Shown here in pieces: positions 56,561-64,000 of a DNA stretch of 64,000 bases. A program made the translations under genes and the position numbers. The DNA lies in NCBI GenBank assembly GCA_040218735.1, contig JAVJQW010000050.1, forward strand, positions 256,001 to 320,000, in the 5' to 3' direction. The DNA is from Deltaproteobacteria bacterium. Its GTDB lineage: Bacteria > Myxococcota > Kuafuiibacteriia > Kuafuiibacteriales > Kuafuiibacteriaceae. Each line of letters opens with the position of its first letter. Within the stretch, counting starts at the first letter, position 1. The notes beneath the pieces are model-generated. The model was given only the letters and a program-made list of their open reading frames with translations. It was not told the origin of the DNA and ran no database searches.

Positions 56561-57673
56561 GTGTTCGAGCTCGTCGTAGGGGCCCTCGCATTGACGACCA
56601 TCGGCCTGTGCGCGAAGCGGCTCCTCCGCGCCCCACTCTTGCTCGCCGCAGCGACCGACCCGCGAATCCTCGCCATCGAAGCGCTCGGACTCCAGCGGCG
56701 CACGGCATTGTTCGACCTCTGCTTCGAAGGAACGTTCGACGGACAGTGGATCCGTCTGGTCGTTCACCACAGCAGCGCGACGCAGTTCGTCTATCGGTTG
56801 CGCGTCCGCAACGTCCGAGGGGACGTCAACGTTCGCGGCGTCCACAACTTCGGCGTCATGGTCATCGGCCGTGAACCTCGAACCGGTGACCCGGTGTTCG
56901 ACGCGGAGTGTCGAGTGTCTGGCCCCGAGCCTCTCCTTCGTGCCGCGCTCTCGGCCGACGTCCGAGAGACCATCGCGCGCTACGCGCAGAGCCTGACGGT
57001 CTATCGCGGACGCCTCGAGCTACACGCGACGACGGACCAGGACGCGACGCAAGTGGTCGCCGAGATCCGCAGGCTCGTGCGGTTCGTCAGCCACCTGCGG
57101 ATGCCGAAGGACGCGATCGCCGCGCACCTCCGCGAGAACGCGACGGACGATCCCTGCTTCGGCGTTCGCCTCGCCTGCGTTCGAGCCTTGTCCAAGCTCG
57201 GACACCCGACGACCGCGTCGGCGATCGAATTGTGCAACGTCATCGAACGCGATCGTCTCGTCGCGCACGCCGACTTCGTCCGTTTGTGCCTCGATGACGA
57301 GGGCGCCGAGGTCCGTCACGCGGCGCTGACCGCGAGCGTCGTCGTCGGGGACGAGACGTGGACACCCACGATCGTCGCGCGGCTCGGAACCGACGAGTCG
57401 GAGGAGGTCCTCCTCGCCGCCTGTCGCGCGCTCGCGCGCTTCGGGAGCGCAAAGGCCATCACGCCCCTCGCGAACCTCGAACGACGCGGGCCGAGCCGCG
57501 CCGTCCGCGAAGCCGTTTCGGGCGCGGTCGCCGAGATTCGCTCCCGCGTCGAGGGTGTCGAGCGCGGCCGTCTATCGGTCGCCGCGGACGAGGGCGGCCA
57601 CCTAGCGATCGCGACGTCGCCCGGGGCGCTCAGCACGTCCAGCACGACCGGGTCCTCGGACGCCGACGAGTGA
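56561..57673 (+). CDS. Membrane-anchored HEAT-repeat protein, paralog 2
   Basis: 3' part of ORF 55214..57673: TM, TGDPVFD, DPCFGVR, IERDRL, GRLSV tail. Confidence 0.7.
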   Translation: MFELVVGALALTTIGLCAKRLLRAPLLLAAATDPRILAIEALGLQRRTALFDLCFEGTFDGQWIRLVVHHSSATQFVYRLRVRNVRGDVNVRGVHNFGVMVIGREPRTGDPVFDAECRVSGPEPLLRAALSADVRETIARYAQSLTVYRGRLELHATTDQDATQVVAEIRRLVRFVSHLRMPKDAIAAHLRENATDDPCFGVRLACVRALSKLGHPTTASAIELCNVIERDRLVAHADFVRLCLDDEGAEVRHAALTASVVVGDETWTPTIVARLGTDESEEVLLAACRALARFGSAKAITPLANLERRGPSRAVREAVSGAVAEIRSRVEGVERGRLSVAADEGGHLAIATSPGALSTSSTTGSSDADE

Positions 57674-57680
57674 GCACGCG

Positions 57681-58871
57681 TCAGCCGAGCCGCGGCCCCT
57701 CGGCCGTGAACTCGAGCGGCGCCACGACGAGGCGTCGCGCGCCGCCGACGTCGTAACCCGGCCGGTCGGGGTGCCAGGCGTGAAACGCCATCCACGTGCG
57801 GCCGTCCTCCGTGCTGAAGATCTCCTGACCGCCGGGGCCGGCCCGATCGCCGTGCGATCTAAGCCACGGTCCAGGCGCTCGGGTGAACGGGCCGTGCAGA
57901 TCGTCGCTGGTCGCGTAGTTGATGCCGTAGTGCTCCGAGTGCCAGTCGTTCGCGGAGTAGAACAGGTAGTAGGTGTCGCCGTGTTTCGTGAGCGTCGGGC
58001 CTTCGATCAGCGGGCGCGGCGCCGTGTAGCTCGCGACCTCCCACGCCTCGTGGCCGGCTTCGCCGAGGAGCGCGACCGGGTCGCCTTCGAGCGCGCGGCC
58101 GTCGGGTGACAGGCGCTGCATCCAGATGTTGGTCGCGCCGCCGCCGGAGTTGCCGTCGTTCTTCCACACGAGGTGCACGACGCCGCCCTCCGTGAACGTC
58201 GCCGCGTCGATCGCGCCGCCCGCGGCCGTCGCGCCGTTGGCGCCGACGGAGACGAGCGGCCCTCCCGTGTCGACGAAGGGTCCGCGGGGATCGTCGGCCT
58301 TCGCGACGCCGACCGCCATGAGGCCGGTGGAGCGCTCCTCGGCGCTGTAGAACAGCGCGTACTGCCCGTCGCCGGTCTTCGCGACCGCGGGGGCCCAGAC
58401 GCGGTGCACCCCGGGGCGCGCCCACGCGCCGAGCTCGGGGAGCGCGTCGACGAGCTCGGCGCCCGGCTCGAACACCGGCACGTTCATGCCGTGGGCGTTG
58501 GTCGCGTACGCGAGCCAGGTGTCGCCCTCCGCGAGGACGAACGGATCCGGGAAGTCGCGGTCGAGGACGGTGCCGCCGTGGCGGTCGGCGATCACTTCGA
58601 ACGCCGGGGGCGCGACGACCTCCGGCTCGGGCGTGGCGGTCGGCGGAGGCGGAGGCACGGGCGTCGAAGGAGGCGCGGGCGTCGAAGGCGGCGCGGGGAT
58701 CGAGGCCTCGACGGTGGCGACCGGGGCGCCCGCCTGCGGGGTCACACCCGTCTCCGGCGCCGCGCACGCGGCGAGCACGGCGAGCGGGAGCGTCCCGGCC
58801 GCGAGCGCGAGGCGCGCGCGCGTGAATCGTCGCCCGCGCGCCGCGGGCACGGCGGCGGGCGCCGCGGGCAC
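57681..58871 (-). CDS. GH43 glycoside hydrolase, probable lipoprotein
   Basis: DFPDPFV, WAP, AIDA, IEGP, GPGG; LAAC lipobox and Pro linker; start inferred. Confidence 0.88.
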   Translation of the reverse strand: MPAAPAAVPAARGRRFTRARLALAAGTLPLAVLAACAAPETGVTPQAGAPVATVEASIPAPPSTPAPPSTPVPPPPPTATPEPEVVAPPAFEVIADRHGGTVLDRDFPDPFVLAEGDTWLAYATNAHGMNVPVFEPGAELVDALPELGAWARPGVHRVWAPAVAKTGDGQYALFYSAEERSTGLMAVGVAKADDPRGPFVDTGGPLVSVGANGATAAGGAIDAATFTEGGVVHLVWKNDGNSGGGATNIWMQRLSPDGRALEGDPVALLGEAGHEAWEVASYTAPRPLIEGPTLTKHGDTYYLFYSANDWHSEHYGINYATSDDLHGPFTRAPGPWLRSHGDRAGPGGQEIFSTEDGRTWMAFHAWHPDRPGYDVGGARRLVVAPLEFTAEGPRLG

Positions 58872-58887
58872 GACCGCGGACGGCGCC

Positions 58888-59793
58888 TCATCGCGCCGCG
58901 ACGATCGGCTCGCCAGGCACCTCAGCCGATAAGTCGAGGCGATCTTCACGAAGAGCAGCGTGCCGCGTCGCGCGCGACGGCGCACTTACCGCGCCGACGT
59001 AAGCGCGCGTCCGCCACACGCCGACGGCGCCGAGCAGCACGATGCCGGACAGCGTGCACGCGAGATCGCCGAGGTCGAAGGTGCGCGCGGGCGAGAGGGA
59101 CTGCGTCCACTCCTCGATCGCCGCGAGCACGAACAGCGCGCCGAGCACCTGAACCTTGTGCCGCGTGATGAACGCGGAGAGCAGGAACGCGAGCAGACCG
59201 TACAGGCCAAAGTGCATCACCTTGTCGACGCCCAGGGACGCGAGCCAGTCGAACTTCAACAGGCGCAGGTAGGCCGCGAACGTCGCGAACACCACGACGG
59301 ACAGCTGCGGCCACAGCCACCACGCCCACCGCGGGCGACGCGTCGCATCCGCGTAGAACGCACCGTAAGCGAGGAGCCCGGTGGCCGCGCCGACGGTGAG
59401 CCCGACGACGACGTCGGAGAGGAAGTGGTGCGCCAGCCCCAGGCGCGACGCGGCGATCAAAAGCGCCCAGACCGCGAAGCCCCAGCGTCGCGTCCGCAGC
59501 GTCTCGAGCGCGGCGACCGCGGCGACGATGACGGCGTGCCCGCTCGGGAACGACGGTGTGCTCGGGGCCGCCCAGAACACCTCGGCGACCTCGGGGCGCG
59601 CGCGCATGAGCGTGAACTGCAGGAGCACGCCGAGCAGCCCCGAAAGCACCGCGGTGAGCAGCACCACGCCGCGACGGGGGCTGCGCCAGGCGGCGAGCAG
59701 CACAAACGGTACGAGCGACCAGGTCAGCGTGCCGCAGACGAAGCCGAAGAGCGGGTGGTCGGCGGGGGTGAGCGCGAGGAGCAGCGAATCCAC
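58888..59793 (-). CDS. PAP2 phosphatase fused to a VanZ-like domain
   Basis: RARP, SFPSGH, SRLGLAHHFLSDV; then DKVMHF..Y, EEWTQ..SPARTF..DL. Confidence 0.85.
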   Translation of the reverse strand: MDSLLLALTPADHPLFGFVCGTLTWSLVPFVLLAAWRSPRRGVVLLTAVLSGLLGVLLQFTLMRARPEVAEVFWAAPSTPSFPSGHAVIVAAVAALETLRTRRWGFAVWALLIAASRLGLAHHFLSDVVVGLTVGAATGLLAYGAFYADATRRPRWAWWLWPQLSVVVFATFAAYLRLLKFDWLASLGVDKVMHFGLYGLLAFLLSAFITRHKVQVLGALFVLAAIEEWTQSLSPARTFDLGDLACTLSGIVLLGAVGVWRTRAYVGAVSAPSRATRHAALREDRLDLSAEVPGEPIVAAR

Positions 59794-59868
59794 GAGAACA
59801 CGGTACGTGCGACGCGCGGACGCGGGGTGTTGCGCCGAAGGAGAGGTTGTGGCGATTTCGTGGCGCCG

Positions 59869-60381
59869 ATGCGGGCGCCGTTTTCATGGGCCGAGCTGCC
59901 CGGTCCGGGCCGAATCACGATTCGCCCTCGCCCGCCCGGCGGCGACCAGCTCGACGACGCGATGCGCGCCCTCGCCGGACAGGGCGCCACCGTCCTCGGC
60001 TCGATGCTGACGGACGAGGAGGTCACCATCCTCGGGCTCACCGACGAGGGCGCGGCCGCCGAACGCCAGGGCATTCGGTTCGTCCGCTTCCCGATCGTCG
60101 ACCACCGCACGCCGACCTCCCTCGAAGACGCGATCGTCTTCGCGGACGAGCTCGCCACCGCGTACCGCGGCGGCGGGTCGATCGTGTTGCACTGCTTCGC
60201 GGGGATCGGGCGCTCGGCGCTAATGGCGATCGCGACGCTCGTGCGCGCCGGGGTCCCGCTGGAGGACGCGACGCTCGCGCTGAGCGCGGCGCGTGGGCTG
60301 CGGGTCCCGGAGACGCCGCAGCAGTGGGCGTTCGTGCAGGCGATCGAGGCGGCTACTTCGAAGCCGCCGTCGTCTCCATGA
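59869..60381 (+). CDS. Cys-based protein-tyrosine/dual-specificity phosphatase
   Basis: FPIVD, HCFAGIGRS (CX5R), VPETPQQ. Confidence 0.9.
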   Translation: MRAPFSWAELPGPGRITIRPRPPGGDQLDDAMRALAGQGATVLGSMLTDEEVTILGLTDEGAAAERQGIRFVRFPIVDHRTPTSLEDAIVFADELATAYRGGGSIVLHCFAGIGRSALMAIATLVRAGVPLEDATLALSAARGLRVPETPQQWAFVQAIEAATSKPPSSP

Positions 60382-61291
60382 AGCGCTCCTCGAGCCGCTT
60401 CCCACGCTCGACGCCCTTCACCGACGCGCCGCTCGTGATGAGCGCCTGCAGCACCGCGTTGGTGACGTCGTCGACCTTCTCGGCGTCCGTGCACTCCACC
60501 GCGAAGCGATCCTTCTCCGGCGACGGCGTCACCTTGCCCACGGTCTCGATCGCCGCGAGCGCCGCCGCGAGCTCGTCCGCGTCGTCCACGGGCTTCGCGA
60601 GGTTCACGAACAAGAGCTGCCCGGTCCCCTTGATCTCGTCCATGGTGCCGGCGGCGACGAGGCGCCCCTTGTCGAGGATCGCCGCGTGGGTGCAGAGCGA
60701 CTCCACCTCCGCGAGGTTGTGACTCGACAGCACGATCGTCCGCTCCGCGTGCAGCGACTTGATGAGCTGCCCGAGCTCCAGCGCGGTGCGCGGGTCGAGC
60801 CCGGCCGTCGGCTCGTCGAAGAGGATGACCTCGTTGTTGCCGATCAGCGTCTGCGCGATCCCCACGCGGCGACGCTGGCCGTGCGAGAGCGCGCGGACCT
60901 TGCGCTCGCTGAGCTCCGCGAGGCCGACCTTCCCGAGCGCGTCGCGCGCCTTCGCCGTGGCCTCGTCGGTCGACATGCCCTGCAGCCGCGCGAGGTGCAC
61001 GAGCACCGCGATGACCTTCTTGTTGTCCGGCAGCTGCGCGTCCTGCGGGAGCGCGAGCACGTGCCCCACGGGCGGGCGCGTCGTCGTCAGCAGGTGGCCG
61101 CGGACCCGCACCTCGCCGGTGGTCGGGCGCAGGAAACCGGAGAGCATCCCGAACGTCGTCGTCTTGCCCGCCCCGTTCGGACCGATGAGCCCGTAGAGCG
61201 AGCCCTCGGGGATCTCGAGGTCGAGCTGCTGGACCGCCTGCACCGAGCCGTAGCTCTTGCTGACGCCTTGGAGCTGAATCGCAGCGCTCAC
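60353..61291 (-). CDS. ABC transporter ATP-binding protein
   Basis: GPNGAGKTT, LSHGQ, FDEPTAGLD, SSH. Confidence 0.95.
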   Translation of the reverse strand: MSAAIQLQGVSKSYGSVQAVQQLDLEIPEGSLYGLIGPNGAGKTTTFGMLSGFLRPTTGEVRVRGHLLTTTRPPVGHVLALPQDAQLPDNKKVIAVLVHLARLQGMSTDEATAKARDALGKVGLAELSERKVRALSHGQRRRVGIAQTLIGNNEVILFDEPTAGLDPRTALELGQLIKSLHAERTIVLSSHNLAEVESLCTHAAILDKGRLVAAGTMDEIKGTGQLLFVNLAKPVDDADELAAALAAIETVGKVTPSPEKDRFAVECTDAEKVDDVTNAVLQALITSGASVKGVERGKRLEERFMETTAASK

Positions 61292-62154
61292 AGGTCCCGC
61301 CTCCGTAGCACGAGGTGCGCGAGCGCGATGAACACCGCCGCGTACCCGAGATAGATCCCGACGGCGATCGGGTCGAGCGCGTACAGCTCCACGTCCCAGC
61401 TCCCCATCCACACCTTGCCGAGCGGCTCGTACATGAGGCCGAGGAAGAACTGCACCACGCGGATGCCCATCAGGAAGATGACCCCGAGGAGCAGCACGAG
61501 GATCGGCGGGTTGAGCGTCGCCGAGACGAGCGTCGTGTACGCGGAGTAACCGAGCACCAGCAGCAGCAACGCGAACCAGATGCGGGGCATCGCGGCGATC
61601 GTCGACTCCATGTCGTACAGGTCGTTGATCTTCGCGTAGGAGAGCAGCGCGATGTGCACGATCACGATCGCCACGAAGCTCACCAGCCAGTGCCCGATGA
61701 GCTTCCCTGCGAGGTAACTCCCGCGGTGTACACGCTGCAGGAGGTAACGTGTGTAGCGCGTCGAGACGTCCTCGCTGATGCGGTTGAACCCGACGAGGAG
61801 CATCAACAGCGGGATGGAGAACGTGGAGAAGAACAGGACGCCGAACACCATCGGCGGCAGGTCGCCGTTCAGGATCGCCTCCGCGAGGTACGTGCTCATG
61901 CCCTGGTCGGCGAGCCCCTCGACGATGGCGGTGCGCTCCGCCTCCCCGAGCCCGGCAGCCCCCATGAGGAGCTTGCCCTCCATCTTCTCGTTCACCCACA
62001 GGAGCCCGGACCCGACGATGCCGGCGGCGAACGCGTAACTAATCACCAGGAACGCGAAGCGGATGCTCTTCACCATGTCGAAGATCTCCGCGCGCGCGAC
62101 GGCGAACGTCTCGGCGAGCACGCGGTCGAGCGCGTGCGCGTTGTCGGTACTCAT
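61288..62154 (-). CDS. ABC-2 type permease
   Basis: Multiple TM helices, ISED...TRYLL, YLAGK; coupled to the ATPase. Confidence 0.9.
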   Translation of the reverse strand: MSTDNAHALDRVLAETFAVARAEIFDMVKSIRFAFLVISYAFAAGIVGSGLLWVNEKMEGKLLMGAAGLGEAERTAIVEGLADQGMSTYLAEAILNGDLPPMVFGVLFFSTFSIPLLMLLVGFNRISEDVSTRYTRYLLQRVHRGSYLAGKLIGHWLVSFVAIVIVHIALLSYAKINDLYDMESTIAAMPRIWFALLLLVLGYSAYTTLVSATLNPPILVLLLGVIFLMGIRVVQFFLGLMYEPLGKVWMGSWDVELYALDPIAVGIYLGYAAVFIALAHLVLRRRDL

Positions 62155-62195
62155 GGACGCGCGCACCGCTACCAGGCGCGTCGGGGATTCAGCAA

Positions 62196-64000
62196 CTACT
62201 CGAGGGCGGAGCGCTTCACGACGGATGGAATTGCCGTGCGGTACGTGCCTTCGACGTGGGCCATCAGCTCGAACAGGCTGTCCATGTACCGCGGGCCGTT
62301 CCCGTCGATGCCGGGGTGGTTCGTGTTGAAGTTTCCGTCCTCGCAGGCGTCGTTGCTGCAGGTGGAATCCGGGAACACGATGATGAACTTGGACCAGTCA
62401 CTCTGGCGGCGCGCGACCTTCTCCTCCTGGGTCGAGCTGGACTGATAGCCAAAGAACAGGATCGCGGAGGCCAGCAGCTGGTCCGACTCCATCCCCTGCC
62501 CGTGCATGAAGTACACGACGGGATAGCGGCGGTCGGCGTTGTCGGGGAGGTGGTAGCCGGGCGGCAGCACCACGCCGAACTCACGCTCCTCCTGCAGCGC
62601 CTCCGAGAAGAACGTCCCCGGGAGGATGAGGTCCCGGGTCTCACCGACGTTGTCGAGGTCGGTGACATCGCGGTCGAGGAAGCGGTTCTCGGCGAACGCG
62701 AGCGCGACGAGGAAGCGGTTGAGCACCTGCGAGACGGTCCCGACGTGGTGCCCGTCGCCGCGGTTGATCTCCCGCTCGGAGGCGTCCGGGTCGCCGTAAC
62801 GCACGTACGCGTGTTTGCCGATCCCCTCCTCGGAGTAGTCGACCTGCAAGAAGTCGAGCTTGCTCAGCTCGGGGGTCAGCGTCTTGAACGCCGTGTAGTC
62901 CGGCGCGAGCTCGGGGCCGACGCGGTGCTGCAGCGATCCCCACAGCCAGTTCGTCGCGGCGGCGCTCATCAGGAAGTCTCGGATGCCGGCGTCCGCGTAG
63001 ATGTTCATGCGGTCGAGGTGCCCCTCGGGGATGGTCTCGATCAGCGTGCGCGGGTTCTGCGCGAGGTAGTTCTCGATGTTCGGGTTGTAGTCGAACTTGC
63101 CGTTGCCCTCGCCGTAGTCACCGGTGCCATCGACGCCGTCGAGGCCGTAGTCGAGGAAGGGCTCGCCTTCGTCCCACTTCCAGTTGCCGGCCTGGCCGCC
63201 GGGGTTGTCGATCCAGTCGTAGGCGTCGTCCGGGCCGCGACCGACGTCCTCGTAGCGCTCGTGCATGAACTTCAGCACAGGCTCGGCGAAATCGCGGATG
63301 CCGTTGCCGTTGTAATCGACCGACAGACCGATCTCCATCGCGACCTCGCTCGGCCGCTCGGGGTCGAAGTCACCGCTGTTGGTGCGCGTGTCGCAGAAGA
63401 CGAGCACGTCGTGGGTGCCGTCCGGGTTGTACTCGTGGTGGTAGACACCTTCGAGCTTCATAGGCGTTTCGCACTTCTCCTGCGGCGTCCAGGTGCGGAA
63501 GTCCATCGGGACGCCCGGCGGGAAGTACGGGGAGTCGGGGTTGTAGGCGACCGGGTTGCCGAACGCGAGCGCGATGTCCTGGAACGACTTCCGGAGTTTG
63601 TCGCGCCCGAAGGAGCCGCCGCGGCCCTCGTCGATCCAGCGGTACCAGTGGTTGTAATCCTGCAGCGGCTCGAACATCCGGCCTTCGCGGTCGAGCTGCA
63701 CGACGGCCTCCGCCGGTCCGCAGAACGCGGGGCCGGTCGGATCGTCGACGGCGTCGAGGTTCGCGAGGATGGTCTCGCGATCGCAGAAGCCGCCGAGGTA
63801 GCTGCGGTCGATGTTCCGCAGCATGTAAACCCAGTCGACGATCGGCACGCCGAGCATGCCGATGCTGTCGAACAGATCGGGGCGCAGCAGGCCGAGCATC
63901 CCGGCGCCGCCGGCGCCCATCGACACCCCCATCACCGCGCGCTGCGTGAAGCAGGTCTCGTCGGCGTTGGCTTCGGAGCAGGTGATGAGGCCCCACTCGT
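62196..64000 (-). CDS. Large alpha/beta-hydrolase (esterase-like) protein; N-terminus outside the window
   Basis: RAVMGVSMG nucleophile elbow, LPPGY...RYPVVYFMHG, Dx(D/N)xDG-like motifs; frame open to the window edge. Confidence 0.85.
   Translation of the reverse strand, partial: EWGLITCSEANADETCFTQRAVMGVSMGAGGAGMLGLLRPDLFDSIGMLGVPIVDWVYMLRNIDRSYLGGFCDRETILANLDAVDDPTGPAFCGPAEAVVQLDREGRMFEPLQDYNHWYRWIDEGRGGSFGRDKLRKSFQDIALAFGNPVAYNPDSPYFPPGVPMDFRTWTPQEKCETPMKLEGVYHHEYNPDGTHDVLVFCDTRTNSGDFDPERPSEVAMEIGLSVDYNGNGIRDFAEPVLKFMHERYEDVGRGPDDAYDWIDNPGGQAGNWKWDEGEPFLDYGLDGVDGTGDYGEGNGKFDYNPNIENYLAQNPRTLIETIPEGHLDRMNIYADAGIRDFLMSAAATNWLWGSLQHRVGPELAPDYTAFKTLTPELSKLDFLQVDYSEEGIGKHAYVRYGDPDASEREINRGDGHHVGTVSQVLNRFLVALAFAENRFLDRDVTDLDNVGETRDLILPGTFFSEALQEEREFGVVLPPGYHLPDNADRRYPVVYFMHGQGMESDQLLASAILFFGYQSSSTQEEKVARRQSDWSKFIIVFPDSTCSNDACEDGNFNTNHPGIDGNGPRYMDSLFELMAHVEGTYRTAIPSVVKRSALE

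Noticed and set aside
58925-58932. GCCGATAA sigma28-like -10 on the plus strand
   Set aside because: Lies within a minus-strand CDS with no credible plus-strand gene immediately downstream.
1-64000. rRNA, tRNA, prophage, integrase, transposase or known defence genes
   Set aside because: None recognised by eye; intergenic gaps are short. A covariance-model scan was not possible.

Overview
Very GC-rich, densely coding bacterial DNA. Its gene families are typical of Myxococcota/deltaproteobacteria (inference): an FHA-sigma54 activator next to a Ser/Thr kinase, PilZ-DUF4388-J, AgmX/PglI-type C-terminal domains, an ArsA pair and many HEAT/TPR proteins. About 54 real CDS can be supported; most ORFs in the six-frame track are GC-rich shadow frames. 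I found no rRNA, tRNA, CRISPR array, integrase or transposase. Family names come from motif recognition, not database searches. Main points of interest: (1) an exported lipoprotein made of five tandem truncated (2/2) globin domains with apolar distal pockets, paired cysteines and DxDGDG inserts; (2) a four-repeat, eukaryote-like annexin behind a candidate sigma54 promoter, divergent from an FHA-sigma54 activator plus Ser/Thr kinase; (3) a DUF4781-like protein with a Fido-like C-terminus, translationally coupled to a small double zinc-finger gene; (4) an ALDH whose catalytic Cys position is Pro, upstream of a B12-radical SAM plus heme-oxygenase-like diiron enzyme pair; (5) an apparently circularly permuted esterase; (6) a 33-bp perfect inverted-repeat element and a readable MarR operator pair.
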